Assembly: GCA_017610205.1 (NCBI GenBank)
Contig: JAFCCL010000003.1
Span: 1 to 64,000 of the forward strand
Direction of reading: 5' to 3'
Source of the DNA: Candidatus Iainarchaeum sp.
Lineage (GTDB): Archaea > Iainarchaeota > Iainarchaeia > Iainarchaeales > GCA-2688035
Length of the DNA stretch: 64,000 nt
Part shown: in pieces, positions 1-9,970 of the stretch
Numbering within the stretch: position 1 is the first letter of the stretch
Layout of the letters: every line of letters begins with the position of its first letter
Translations under genes and position numbers: made by a program
The notes under the pieces: model-generated
Told to the model about the DNA's origin: nothing
What the model saw: only the letters and a program-made list of their open reading frames with translations
The model's database searches: none

Positions 1-243
1 ACCCTTAGAAACCCGCTTAACAATGAATTTAATCCGTTTATTCGATAGTTTTGTCATTAAGGTAGTACCAGAAAAAGTGTTTAAATTAAAGCGAAAAAAT
101 ATCGGGATACTACATTTGAGGAAAAAACAGGATTTTCTTTAAAATCCTTTTAGAATTTTAACTAGAAAAAAAGCAGTATATAAAAGAGAATAGAATAGAC
201 AATAAAAAGGTTTACAGGATTAAGGCAATCAGCGAAAAAAAGT

Positions 244-555
244 CTAAAATATACTTCGGTCTGTTCTATATACCTTGTAATTGCCTTTTTTTTGCTTCTT
301 TCTTTTCTGTTGTAGCTTGCTTAGTTTTGCAGTCCCTGTTTTTACTTCAGTATATTTTATTTGACCATCTTTTTTTGAAATGAAGTCTTGTCCAAAAGGC
401 GCTCTTTTGATGTCAGTATGCCCTGTTGCTATTAAATGCATAACGCCTTCAACTTCGCCTCTTTTTCCGCCCCACTTGCTTGCAGTAAATGTTCTTTGCT
501 TCTTTTCCTTCTTTGTTTCTTTTTCTTTCCCAGTCAAATTATCAAATAAACCCAT
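244..555 (-). CDS. small PD-(D/E)XK nuclease-like protein
   Basis: G-x-D...EVKTG...LSKLQ pattern resembles PD-(D/E)XK / Holliday-resolvase-like proteins. Confidence 0.45.
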   Translation of the reverse strand: MGLFDNLTGKEKETKKEKKQRTFTASKWGGKRGEVEGVMHLIATGHTDIKRAPFGQDFISKKDGQIKYTEVKTGTAKLSKLQQKRKKQKKGNYKVYRTDRSIF

Positions 556-561
556 TCACAA

Positions 562-753
562 TCACTTCCTAAATAAGTTCAAAATTGCAACTACTACAAA
601 ACCATTTGCAATGATTAAAAATCCCATAACATTAAAGTTAAGGATTAATGTTGATGTTGGGTCTGTTAGAAATAAATGAACAATAAAATCTGTACAGACT
701 GCTACAAAAATTGCAATAGCAACCAACTTGTATTTGAAAACAATTTCAACCAT
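562..753 (-). CDS. small 2-TM membrane protein
   Basis: 63 aa with two hydrophobic segments; tightly spaced, co-oriented with neighbours. Confidence 0.6.
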   Translation of the reverse strand: MVEIVFKYKLVAIAIFVAVCTDFIVHLFLTDPTSTLILNFNVMGFLIIANGFVVVAILNLFRK

Positions 754-768
754 TCAAATCACTTATTT

Positions 769-1299
769 TTACATTTTGATGTTATTACCGTCTTCTGTAA
801 AAACAACTTTTAAAACCTTTGGAACTTCGATTACAATATTTTCTGGCAGTGTTTCTAAAAACTCTTTACATTCTTGTTTTGTTGGTTCAATTATATACTC
901 TTTATGTTTTTCAATTTTTTTATGTTGGACTTTCCAACGGTCTACAATCTTTCTTGACCACAACACACCCTGTTTGACTATTACTTGCCCTACCCCATCA
1001 ACGTGTACCTTTTGGTACCAATTCCAACAAAGTCGTGTTCCATCTGTTGTTTTTAGACTATGTTTAAGCAGTCCAAGTTTTTCGTCACATTGTGAGCATC
1101 TAATTCTTCTGTTGGTTTTCTTATAACCAATCCAAAAACCAACAATTATAAGGAAATAACCAATAAAAGCGGTGAATGAAGCTACAGTCTTTTCAATAAT
1201 AACAGCATAACAAACAACACCGACTCCGATTACAATGGCAAGTATTTCAATTTTCAAAAAAGAAGAAATAATTTCTTTTGGTTTTGAGTTATATGCCAT
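769..1299 (-). CDS. membrane protein with possible Zn-ribbon
   Basis: two N-terminal TM segments then CSQC...LCWNW. Confidence 0.6.
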   Translation of the reverse strand: MAYNSKPKEIISSFLKIEILAIVIGVGVVCYAVIIEKTVASFTAFIGYFLIIVGFWIGYKKTNRRIRCSQCDEKLGLLKHSLKTTDGTRLCWNWYQKVHVDGVGQVIVKQGVLWSRKIVDRWKVQHKKIEKHKEYIIEPTKQECKEFLETLPENIVIEVPKVLKVVFTEDGNNIKM

Positions 1300-1491
1300 T
1301 CAAATCATTTATTTTGTGCTATGAAACTGCTTTAAATTTGCGTTTTTTGCCAAAATTGTTTGAAAAACCAACCGCTTTAAATGCCTTAAATCCACAATTT
1401 AAAAGAAATGTCACAACTCTGACAGTATTTATATAATATATTTTAATTAATATAAGATAAATAATATAAAAAAAGAAAGAAAATGGGGGTT

Positions 1492-2655
1492 TTAGAGCCC
1501 GCATTCCTTTTTCAATTCGTCTGCCCTGTCTGTCTTTTCCCAGGTAAAGATTTCATCTTCGTGGCCAAAGTGACCGTAGACACAGGCTCTTCTGAAGATT
1601 GGTTTTTTCAAGTCAAGGTATTTTACTATTTCACTTGGTCTCAAATCAAACAACTTCTTTACAGCCTCCTGAATCTTTTTTGGTTCAACCTTGTGGGTTC
1701 CATGAAGGTCAATGAAAAGGCTTACTGGTTCCCTGCTTCCGATTGCGTAAGAAATTTGAACCTCAGCCCGGTCTGCCAAACCTGCCTTAACAATGTTTTT
1801 GGCAATATGCCTTGCCATATAGGCAGCTGACCTGTCAACCTTTGTAGGGTCCTTTCCTGAAAAAGCACCTCCACCGTGGTTGCCTACTCCTCCATAGGTG
1901 TCAACAATTATTTTTCTTCCAGTGCATCCAGTGTCTGCTACAGGTCCTCCAATAACAAACCTTCCGGTGTTATTAATGAGGTATTTTGTATCGTCTGTAA
2001 GCAAATCTCCGCAAACTGGCTTTATTACCTTTTCCTTTATATCTTCCCTTAGCTTTTCAAGTTCTACATCAGGATCGTGTTGTGCTGCAACAACAATTGC
2101 AGTAATACTCTTTGGCTTTCCGCCATCGTATTCAATCGTTACCTGTGTTTTGCCATCAGGTCTAAGGTAAGCTAATGTGCCGTCCTTTCGCACTTCTGTA
2201 AGCTTCATTGCAAGCTTGTGTGCATACATTATTGGAGCAGGCATTAGTTCAGGAGTTTCGTTTGTTGCATAACCAGACATCATTCCCTGGTCTCCTGCAC
2301 CGCCTTCTCCGTCTTTTTCGTCAACACCCATTGCAATATCAGGACTTTGCTCATGAATTGAAGTTAGAATGCCAACACTTTGGCAGTCAAAACCGTATTC
2401 TGGTTTGCTGTAACCAATGTCTTTCAAAACTTCTCTTGCAATCTTTTGCACGTCCACATAGCTTTTTGTTGTTATTTCACCGGCAACAAGAATAAACCCC
2501 ATTCCAGCCATTGTTTCACAGGCAACCCTTGCTTTTGGGTCATCCTTAATTATATCGTCAAGAATTGCGTCACTTATCTGATCGCAGACCTTGTCAGGAT
2601 GGCCTTCTGTCATGGCTTCGCTTGTGAACAAAAATTTTCCGTCTCCTGTTCTCAT
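1492..2655 (-). CDS. metK: S-adenosylmethionine synthetase (bacterial/eukaryal type)
   Basis: [34 protein letters not shown] signatures. Confidence 0.97.
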   Translation of the reverse strand: MRTGDGKFLFTSEAMTEGHPDKVCDQISDAILDDIIKDDPKARVACETMAGMGFILVAGEITTKSYVDVQKIAREVLKDIGYSKPEYGFDCQSVGILTSIHEQSPDIAMGVDEKDGEGGAGDQGMMSGYATNETPELMPAPIMYAHKLAMKLTEVRKDGTLAYLRPDGKTQVTIEYDGGKPKSITAIVVAAQHDPDVELEKLREDIKEKVIKPVCGDLLTDDTKYLINNTGRFVIGGPVADTGCTGRKIIVDTYGGVGNHGGGAFSGKDPTKVDRSAAYMARHIAKNIVKAGLADRAEVQISYAIGSREPVSLFIDLHGTHKVEPKKIQEAVKKLFDLRPSEIVKYLDLKKPIFRRACVYGHFGHEDEIFTWEKTDRADELKKECGL

Positions 2656-2741
2656 TTGTTCATCATCTCCAAAAAAATTAATCCAATATTTTAAAAAAAA
2701 AGAACCAGATAATGCTTTTAAGTAATTGCAAAATGCATTAA

Positions 2742-2759
2742 TTATTCCGATTAGAATAA
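2742..2759. promoter_or_regulatory. palindromic operator candidate between metK and HTH-CBS gene
   Basis: TTATTC-cgatta-GAATAA inverted repeat in divergent intergenic region. Confidence 0.35.
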
Positions 2760-2792
2760 GATTAAAAGGCTTTTTGGTACAGATATCATCAC

Positions 2793-3350
2793 ATGCTTCC
2801 TAACTTAAACGAAATAAAGGCAAGAAGAATTTCTGCTGGTTTGACACAAAGCAAGCTTGCAGAATTAAGCGGAGTAAGCCAAAGCCTTATTGCAAAAATT
2901 GAATCAGGAAACATTGAACCAAGCTATGGAAGGGCAAAAAAGCTTTTTGACTGCCTTACAAGGCTAAAAACAGGAAAGGAAAAGCAGGCAAAAGATGTTA
3001 TGACAAAACCAGTAAGATTTGTAAAATCAGACGAAAGCCTGAAAAAGGCAATAAAGGCACTGGAAAAGCACGGATTAAGCCAGTTGCCTGTTTTGGATGA
3101 AGGAAAGCAGGTTGGAAGCATTTCAGAAAAAAGCATTTTGGCAAAAATAAATTCAACCCCTGGAATAGATGTTGAAAAAACAACTGCGGAAGAGGCAATG
3201 GAAGAGGCTTTGCCAACAATTCAGCCAAACACCCCGATTTCTGCAATAAAACAATTGCTTAATTTTAATGCAGCAGTTTTGATTGTTGAAAGGGGAAAAA
3301 ACACCGGAATAATAACCAAAAGCAATTTACTTGAACAAATGCTGAAATAG
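2793..3350 (+). CDS. XRE-type HTH + tandem CBS domain transcription regulator
   Basis: [26 protein letters not shown] followed by a CBS pair ([18 protein letters not shown]; GIITKSNLL). Confidence 0.92.
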   Translation: MLPNLNEIKARRISAGLTQSKLAELSGVSQSLIAKIESGNIEPSYGRAKKLFDCLTRLKTGKEKQAKDVMTKPVRFVKSDESLKKAIKALEKHGLSQLPVLDEGKQVGSISEKSILAKINSTPGIDVEKTTAEEAMEEALPTIQPNTPISAIKQLLNFNAAVLIVERGKNTGIITKSNLLEQMLK

Positions 3351-3399
3351 CCGTCACGCCCGGCTAGTGCGAGTGCCATCTTCGCTTGGGCTCGATGAC

Positions 3400-3420
3400 A
3401 CAGGCAAAAAAAGCCTGTTT
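3400..3420 (+). terminator. hairpin terminator candidate
   Basis: ACAGGC-A7-GCCTGT followed by TT downstream of the CBS gene. Confidence 0.4.
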
Positions 3421-3555
3421 CAAGCCAAAACGATATCTTTTTATTTATCCCATGAGGCTATTATATATAACAAAGCAAAGTGAATTAGTTAATTTGATAC
3501 ATAATTTTGAATTAATTTAATGAATGATTTTTGCTTTGAATAGGGGAGTTAAAAT

Positions 3556-4104
3556 TTGAATAAAAGTCTTTGTGCCTTGGCATTGTTTCTGTTGTTTTGC
3601 AGCGTAAGCGCTAATGCAATTTATGTTGATTTTCCTTCAACAATAATTATCCAGCAAGAGCAAGAAGACTTTCCTGTAACAATCAGAAATGATGAAGAAA
3701 TTGCACAGGATTTTTCAGCAAAGATTTCTGCACCATTTGAAGCAATTGTTTCCCCTTCAAACGGAAGCATTGCAGCAGAAAAAAGCACTATTTTAAGCCT
3801 TTCAATTATTCCAAGCGAGGAATTGGAGGGAAACAGTTTTGAAACCACTTTGGAGATTCAGATAGGTGAAGAAAAGGCTTTCAAAAATGTAAGAATTATT
3901 TTTAAAGAAGAAGCAGAAACCGAAGAGGAACCAGAGGTGCAAACAATTGGCACAGGCCTTTTTTCTTTTGCCGACTTTGACGCTTTTACAGCAATTATTT
4001 TTACACCGGAAAATGCTCTTAATGCATTTCTTGCAGTTGTTGCAGCAATTCTTTTAATTGCATTTATTTCACGTTTTGTAAAACGGGTGGAGGGCTCAAA
4101 ATGA
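3556..4104 (+). CDS. membrane-anchored surface protein (Ig-like domain)
   Basis: signal peptide, acidic beta-rich domain, C-terminal TM. Confidence 0.7.
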   Translation: MNKSLCALALFLLFCSVSANAIYVDFPSTIIIQQEQEDFPVTIRNDEEIAQDFSAKISAPFEAIVSPSNGSIAAEKSTILSLSIIPSEELEGNSFETTLEIQIGEEKAFKNVRIIFKEEAETEEEPEVQTIGTGLFSFADFDAFTAIIFTPENALNAFLAVVAAILLIAFISRFVKRVEGSK

Positions 4105-5918
4105 ACAAAACTTTTCTTACAGTGGTTACAGCAATCTTGCTTGTGCTTCTTGCTTCAAACGCATTTGCATCAATTGCATTGCTTCCAAGCGCAGAACAGG
4201 CAAACATTTCCAGAAATGATTCAGTCGGAATACAGTTTCAGCTAAAAAATAATGGATATGAAAGAGCATGCATTGACCTTGAAACAGAACAAAATGCTGC
4301 CTATATTGACACAGGGCTTATAGACAATTATGTGTGCCTTAACGGAGGCGAGTCAACAAATGTTACAGTTACAATAACAACAGAAAATGCACCAAAAGGA
4401 CTGCAGCTTGTAACACTTGAAGCTGAATCAGACCAGGGAAACGCATATGCAAATGTTTCTATTTATGTTTCTGAAGAGCCTGAGATTGAACTTGTTGCAT
4501 ACACAAATGATGTTTGCAGAGGCAAAAAAGACCATGTTAATGTTTTGGTAAGAAACAACAGCGACGAATTCAAAGAGGTTGAACTGCAGGCAGAAAATGA
4601 AATGCTTTTGCCATATTTTGAAAGAGAAGAACTTGATATGGCACCTTTTGAAGAAAGATATGTTGAACTTAAAATTTTTCCTTCACCATACAGTTCAATT
4701 GGAAGGCACTATATTAGCATGTATGCAATTACCGACGGCGAAATAGTTAAGGAAACACTTTCAATCGACGTTGAAAATTGTGGTGAAAAGGATATAGCAG
4801 AATTTTCTGTTTCAATTTCCTCTTCATGCTTTACTGTTGAAAAAGAAGAAGACGAACGAATTTATTTTAAGGTCACAAACAAGCTTGAAGAAGAGCAAAA
4901 TGTTTTCTTCAGCGTTGGCGGAGACCTTTCAGCAAAATTGCAGACTTCAAACGCATGGCTTGAAGAAGGAGAACAGCGTGAATTTTACTTTGAGGTAAAT
5001 GTTGCAAAGGATAAAGAGGTAAAAGACTACGATCTCACATTGCACGTTTGGAATTCGGATCACAGCATTGAAAAAAATATTTGCATCAAGCCTTCAAAAG
5101 AACATTATACAGACATTGTTATTGAAGAAAACAATCTTGAAATAATAGCATGTGAAAACACGGTTTTTGTGATAACATTACAAAATTTTGGAGATTACCG
5201 CGAGGACTTTGAACTCGAAATTGAAAACAACAATAATCTGATTGAAACAGCACTGTCAGAGGATGAACTTGAAGTTGAAAAGCACTCCAAAAGACAGGTT
5301 TATGTAAGCGTTACGGCATTGGAAGGGCTTGCAGAAGGAAATTATAGCATTATATTAAAGGCTGAGACAAACCACGACAAATTTGAAAAAATTCTCAGAT
5401 TCAAGGTAGTTGAAGAACAAATTGTAGAGGAAAAGGGGCTTGTCATTCTAAGCCATACAGGCAATCTTACAATGGATGCAAATTCAGAAAAAGAACTTTT
5501 GGTTGTTCTCAAAAATTATTCCAACAAAACAATTGAAGGAATTTCAATTAACCTAACAGGATTGCCTTTGGGAGTAAGCGCTTCTAACGAAAGCAATATT
5601 TCATTGCAGGCAGGAGAAGAAAGACAATTCAGCCTTACTGTAAACGCAGAAACCGAAACAGCAGGAGAATATACTGCAATACTACAGGCAAGAAACAGTG
5701 ATTACAGCGACACAAAAAACATAAGCATTGTAATTGCAGAAGAAGAGAAGGAAGATGAAACAATTGATATTGGACTTGCAGGACTGTTTGCACTAGGAGA
5801 AGGACTTGCAATTGGCGGCTTAATGCTGATAATTATTATAATTGCCAGCATTTTGCTAGTAAAGGTTTTTAAAACACCACAAGAAAAAGAAATATGGAGG
5901 CGACAATTAAATGGTTAA
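4101..5918 (+). CDS. multi-Ig-like (CARDB/NEW3-like) surface protein
   Basis: signal peptide, repeated ...VxN.G...L..GE..V...G.Y.I modules, C-terminal TM. Confidence 0.75.
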   Translation: MNKTFLTVVTAILLVLLASNAFASIALLPSAEQANISRNDSVGIQFQLKNNGYERACIDLETEQNAAYIDTGLIDNYVCLNGGESTNVTVTITTENAPKGLQLVTLEAESDQGNAYANVSIYVSEEPEIELVAYTNDVCRGKKDHVNVLVRNNSDEFKEVELQAENEMLLPYFEREELDMAPFEERYVELKIFPSPYSSIGRHYISMYAITDGEIVKETLSIDVENCGEKDIAEFSVSISSSCFTVEKEEDERIYFKVTNKLEEEQNVFFSVGGDLSAKLQTSNAWLEEGEQREFYFEVNVAKDKEVKDYDLTLHVWNSDHSIEKNICIKPSKEHYTDIVIEENNLEIIACENTVFVITLQNFGDYREDFELEIENNNNLIETALSEDELEVEKHSKRQVYVSVTALEGLAEGNYSIILKAETNHDKFEKILRFKVVEEQIVEEKGLVILSHTGNLTMDANSEKELLVVLKNYSNKTIEGISINLTGLPLGVSASNESNISLQAGEERQFSLTVNAETETAGEYTAILQARNSDYSDTKNISIVIAEEEKEDETIDIGLAGLFALGEGLAIGGLMLIIIIIASILLVKVFKTPQEKEIWRRQLNG

Positions 5919-8235
5919 AAAAATTATTCTGGCATTAGCTTTGCTTTTCATTATTGGAACAGCAAGCGCAGCAACACTAACAGGAGACTTTTCACTTGAA
6001 ACAAATTGTGCAGTTCCTGACAACGAAACATATATTCTGCACAACGATTCAGGAATAACAAAAACATATACAATAAGCGCAATTGGAGAAAACAGCGACT
6101 GGATAAATATTAACGGGGTTTGGATTGGAGAAAAACCATTGGTTATAACACTAGCCAACCACGACTCCGAAGAGCTTTATGCATTTGTAAAACCCCAAAC
6201 ATGCTATGTTTCTCCAGGAGAATATACTGTAATAATAGACATAAGCGGTGAAAGGAAAGAAATAATTGTTATTGTTGTAGAAAGCAGGCTACTTGAACTT
6301 GATATCCTGCCTGAAAGCCAGAAAATTTCACAATGTAAAAAAGCCGAATTTGAAGTAAAAGTAAAAAACATCGGGGAAATGAATGAAACCATTGTACTTG
6401 AAGTTAAAGGTCTTCCAAATAAATGGGCAAGACTTGGCTTTACTGAAATGTTTTTAGGAAAGGGAGAAACAAAAAATGTAAAGCTTGAAATTCAACCTGA
6501 TTGCGATGCAGAAACAAAAAATTACACATTTAATGTTAAAGCAAGGCTTAATGGCACTGCATTTTTTATAGTGAAAAACGCAGTCCTTGAAATAGAAGAC
6601 AGTCAAGGAATAAGCATTAGTGGCAGTGAAATGACTGCCTGCAACGAAAAAAGCATGCAGGGAACAGTAAAGGTAAAAAACAACGGATTACTTGAAGACC
6701 AACTTAGCTTAAGCATTGAAGGAATTAACTGGGCAAATATTGAACCAGCCAACATTACACTTGCAGCAGGAGAAGAAAAAAATGTTTCAATATTTTTCTT
6801 CAAAACAAACGCAAGCAAAGGAGTATACGATTTTGATTTTTTGGCCAGTTCAACAAAATTCAACAAGGAAACAAAGCAAAAACTTTTTACAGAACTTCAG
6901 GACTGCTACAATGTTTCAATAACAGAAACAAAAATTAACGGAAACATTGAAGGCGAAGCAAAAGCATGCATTGAAGGTAAGGCAGAGTACGAATTTGTTT
7001 TGGCAAACGATGGCATCCAGCCAATTGAAACAGAAATAACAGTACTTGGAATTAATGCAATTGTTTCGCCAGAAACTGTTGAAATCGCAAGCGGCAAAAC
7101 TGCAAATGTTAAAGTCAAAATAGACCTTGCAGGAGAGCAAATGGGAGAAAAGGTTTTTACCCTGCAGGTAAAAGGCGAAAACTTTTCAATGCAAAGAGAC
7201 TATGCCCTTGTTGCAGAAAACTGCTACAATCTTGAAATAGACTGGGACGGCTTAAATGATGAAATTGCATTGGACGCCAACTGCAAAAGCGAGCCATTTA
7301 CAGTAAAGGTTTTAAACAATGGAACAAAAAGCCAGAATATTTCGGTTTCTGTTTCAGGATCTGAATGGATTTACTTTGAGCCAACACAGGCAAGAATTGA
7401 AGCAGGAGCAGAACAGGAAATATACTTTTACATGGCACCACCTTATGACACAAAAGAAGGAAAGCAAACAGCAACCATAACAATTAATGGAAATGGCAAA
7501 ACATTCAGCAAAGAACTTGACATTATTGTATACGGCGGACTTTATGCAGACCTTGGAACAGCAAGTGTTGAAGCAAATGCAGATGTAACAGAAATTATTG
7601 AAAGAACTGAAAAGGCAATTAAGGTTTCAGTACAGGTTTCAAATGACGGAAATTCAATGATTAGAATTACCAAAATTTCTTCACAGGACCTCAACGCAGT
7701 ATTTGAATTTGAAGAAACACTGCTGCAGGCAGATGAATCAATAAAGGTTCCAATGACAGTGTACATTGGAGAAAGCGAGGAAAGAAAATTTGATGTATTA
7801 CTTAGGATAGAAACAGACAAGGGAACAATGGAAAGGGAAATAACAGTTGACCTTGACAAAGAACCAGAAGAACAGGAAATTTTTGTTGGATTGTTTGGAT
7901 TGGGCGACGCAAGCGACCTCGCCCTTGCAGCAATAGTTATTGCGGTAATAATTGCATTTGCGGCAATTGCCCTCAAAGCAGAGGCAAGCGAAAAGCCAAA
8001 AAGAGGCCTGATAAATCTTGCAAAAGACGTTCAGGAACTTCCCGGAAAAAAACTTGAAGAAATAGGAAAACACAGAAAAGGCAATAGTGCAACAGGAAAA
8101 AAGTACGGAAAGGCAACAGCCAAAACAACAGGCAGTAAAAGCAACCTTCAAGACATAGTAAAAGAGGTTAAGAAAAAGCACGTTGTAAAAAAACAAGTGA
8201 AGAAAAAGGCTGCTTCAAGCAAGAAAAAGAAGTGA
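5911..8235 (+). CDS. multi-Ig-like surface protein with Lys-rich cytoplasmic tail
   Basis: signal peptide, repeated beta-sandwich modules, TM, basic tail. Confidence 0.75.
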   Translation: MVKKIILALALLFIIGTASAATLTGDFSLETNCAVPDNETYILHNDSGITKTYTISAIGENSDWININGVWIGEKPLVITLANHDSEELYAFVKPQTCYVSPGEYTVIIDISGERKEIIVIVVESRLLELDILPESQKISQCKKAEFEVKVKNIGEMNETIVLEVKGLPNKWARLGFTEMFLGKGETKNVKLEIQPDCDAETKNYTFNVKARLNGTAFFIVKNAVLEIEDSQGISISGSEMTACNEKSMQGTVKVKNNGLLEDQLSLSIEGINWANIEPANITLAAGEEKNVSIFFFKTNASKGVYDFDFLASSTKFNKETKQKLFTELQDCYNVSITETKINGNIEGEAKACIEGKAEYEFVLANDGIQPIETEITVLGINAIVSPETVEIASGKTANVKVKIDLAGEQMGEKVFTLQVKGENFSMQRDYALVAENCYNLEIDWDGLNDEIALDANCKSEPFTVKVLNNGTKSQNISVSVSGSEWIYFEPTQARIEAGAEQEIYFYMAPPYDTKEGKQTATITINGNGKTFSKELDIIVYGGLYADLGTASVEANADVTEIIERTEKAIKVSVQVSNDGNSMIRITKISSQDLNAVFEFEETLLQADESIKVPMTVYIGESEERKFDVLLRIETDKGTMEREITVDLDKEPEEQEIFVGLFGLGDASDLALAAIVIAVIIAFAAIALKAEASEKPKRGLINLAKDVQELPGKKLEEIGKHRKGNSATGKKYGKATAKTTGSKSNLQDIVKEVKKKHVVKKQVKKKAASSKKKK

Positions 8236-8288
8236 ATTGAAAACTATTTCGACGGCAAGAAAAAAAGGTCTTGACAGTTTAGACAAGC

Positions 8289-8570
8289 CTATTTTTTATA
8301 TATATTGTCGTGATGGTCAAAATCCAGAAACAGAATGAATTGTTTTTCCTTAATATATGAGAATGTTAGCACAAAGCTTTTGTCAATGTGAACTCTTTTT
8401 TCATTTTTTTGACCATATTTTAGATTTTTATAATGCTCAATTGTGTTTTCATCAGAGTTTATAATCTGCTTTACTTTTTTGTAAATTATGTCCGTTCTTC
8501 GCCTGTCTTTCTTAGAAAGCTTGGGGATTAATGCCTTAAGTTTGTCAGAGAAACCATAATCAAAAGACAT
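8289..8570 (-). CDS. RelE/YafQ-like mRNA interferase toxin
   Basis: 93 aa, YKNL...KRVHIDKSFVL...FDHHDNIY RelE-family pattern. Confidence 0.8.
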   Translation of the reverse strand: MSFDYGFSDKLKALIPKLSKKDRRRTDIIYKKVKQIINSDENTIEHYKNLKYGQKNEKRVHIDKSFVLTFSYIKEKQFILFLDFDHHDNIYKK

Positions 8571-8577
8571 TATTTAT

Positions 8578-8829
8578 TCACTTTCCAAATAATTTGTCCA
8601 ATTCTTTATTGCTCATCTTTTTGTACCCGTACTTCTTAAAATGCTCTTCTTCTATTTTAAGAAGCTTTTTGACATAACTTTCTTTTACCTCGGGCTCAAC
8701 TTCATTAGACCCGTAATCTTCAATAAATTTATTCATTGCTTCGCTTTTATCACGCAAATCATATTTTGCTTTGACAACAGCCAAAACCCTGTTGGAATAG
8801 TTATTTAGTTCAACTCTTGCATCAACCAT
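8578..8829 (-). CDS. antitoxin (DUF2683-like)
   Basis: MVDARVELN...RVLAVVKAKYDLRDKSEA; directly upstream of toxin; palindrome TAATATGCATATTA at 8851-8864. Confidence 0.75.
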   Translation of the reverse strand: MVDARVELNNYSNRVLAVVKAKYDLRDKSEAMNKFIEDYGSNEVEPEVKESYVKKLLKIEEEHFKKYGYKKMSNKELDKLFGK

Positions 8830-8906
8830 AATATGCACCTCACATGCATTTAATATGCATATTATATACACGATACAATTTAAAGCTTTTGATAGGCATT
8901 AGGACG

Positions 8907-9595
8907 TGTCTTGTCCCGATATAAGGTTCCCTCTAGGAATAAGGTAAGGTTGAGAGCTTCCTCAATAAAGGAGGAACCTTACATGAGGAAGCTCAATAAG
9001 AAGAAGATTAGGTGGATTATAAAGCATTGGGATTTGGGCGAGTTGAGTCACTGGCGGATTGCAAAACAGCAGGGTGTAACAAAACAGCATGCTTTGAGGG
9101 TTTACAATCGTTTCAAAGATGATAGGCATCCTGTGCTGCATAAGCCCTGGTAGTAGGCTATGGCCTGTTTAATAAAGCAACCTCAGAAAACTCGGTCAAA
9201 GTATTAAACAAGGCCATTCAAAACTATGGCTGCCCCAGACAGCTTATCTCAGATTACGGCACACAGTTCACCAGTTTACCAAAACAAACCTGTGCCAAAC
9301 CAGCAGACAACAGATTCCAAACAAGACTCAAAAAACTAAGAATAAAACACATCAAAGCACGCATAAAACACCCCCAAACAAACGGAAAGCTCGAACGATG
9401 GTGGCAAACCAACAACTTCCTCACCAAACACTTTGGCAACATGCACAAAGCAATCAAATACTACAATGAACAAAGACCCCACATGAGCCTAGAAAACGGA
9501 AGCCTAAGAACCCCCCTGCAAGCTTTCATGGAAAAAGCTTAAAATGACAAAGGACAACCCAGACTATAGAGAGAACATTAAATCAGGACAACACA
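8907..9595 (+). mobile_element. internally deleted IS481-like insertion sequence
   Basis: TGT...ACA ends, 29-bp imperfect TIRs (24/29), flanking direct repeats 8892-8906 and 9596-9610. Confidence 0.85.
8983..9542 (+). pseudogene. IS481-family transposase remnant
   Basis: N-terminal HTH fragment ends at a stop at 9153; a different frame then gives LISDYGTQF...HPQTNGKLERWW...YYNEQRPHMSL. Confidence 0.85.
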
Positions 9596-9618
9596 ATAGG
9601 CATTAGGACATAATAGTG

Positions 9619-9699
9619 TTATAATCTGCCACCCTTTCTTAAAATCTTTGACTTAAGACTGCCCAACTTTGCCTTAGCCTTCTTTAGTCTGGTTCCCAT
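9619..9699 (-). CDS. 26-aa basic micropeptide MGTRLKKAKAKLGSLKSKILRKGGRL
   Basis: read manually; GTGA SD-like motif shortly upstream of ATG; ends a minus-strand operon. Confidence 0.35.
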   Translation of the reverse strand: MGTRLKKAKAKLGSLKSKILRKGGRL

Positions 9700-9718
9700 T
9701 TGAATCACTGAAACAAAA

Positions 9719-9970
9719 TCACTTAGGCGGGTCCAAATCGTTCACAAGACTTTGGCTGATTGTTGCAAGAGGGTTTAGAATAGGGGTATCAGGGGTTACA
9801 GGAGTTGGGCCTACTGGTGGCGGGCTATCAACAAATCCTGGAAAAGGAACCGTCATTGCAGCTGGATCAGAAGCACTTGGAGCGCCCCAGGTAATATTTA
9901 CAGGCACAGAAGCTGAAACAAGCAGTGCCAACATCAGAATAACTAAAACAATCAAAAGTTTGTATTTCAT
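9719..9970 (-). CDS. small secreted Pro-rich protein
   Basis: signal peptide plus Pro-rich body. Confidence 0.6.
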   Translation of the reverse strand: MKYKLLIVLVILMLALLVSASVPVNITWGAPSASDPAAMTVPFPGFVDSPPPVGPTPVTPDTPILNPLATISQSLVNDLDPPK

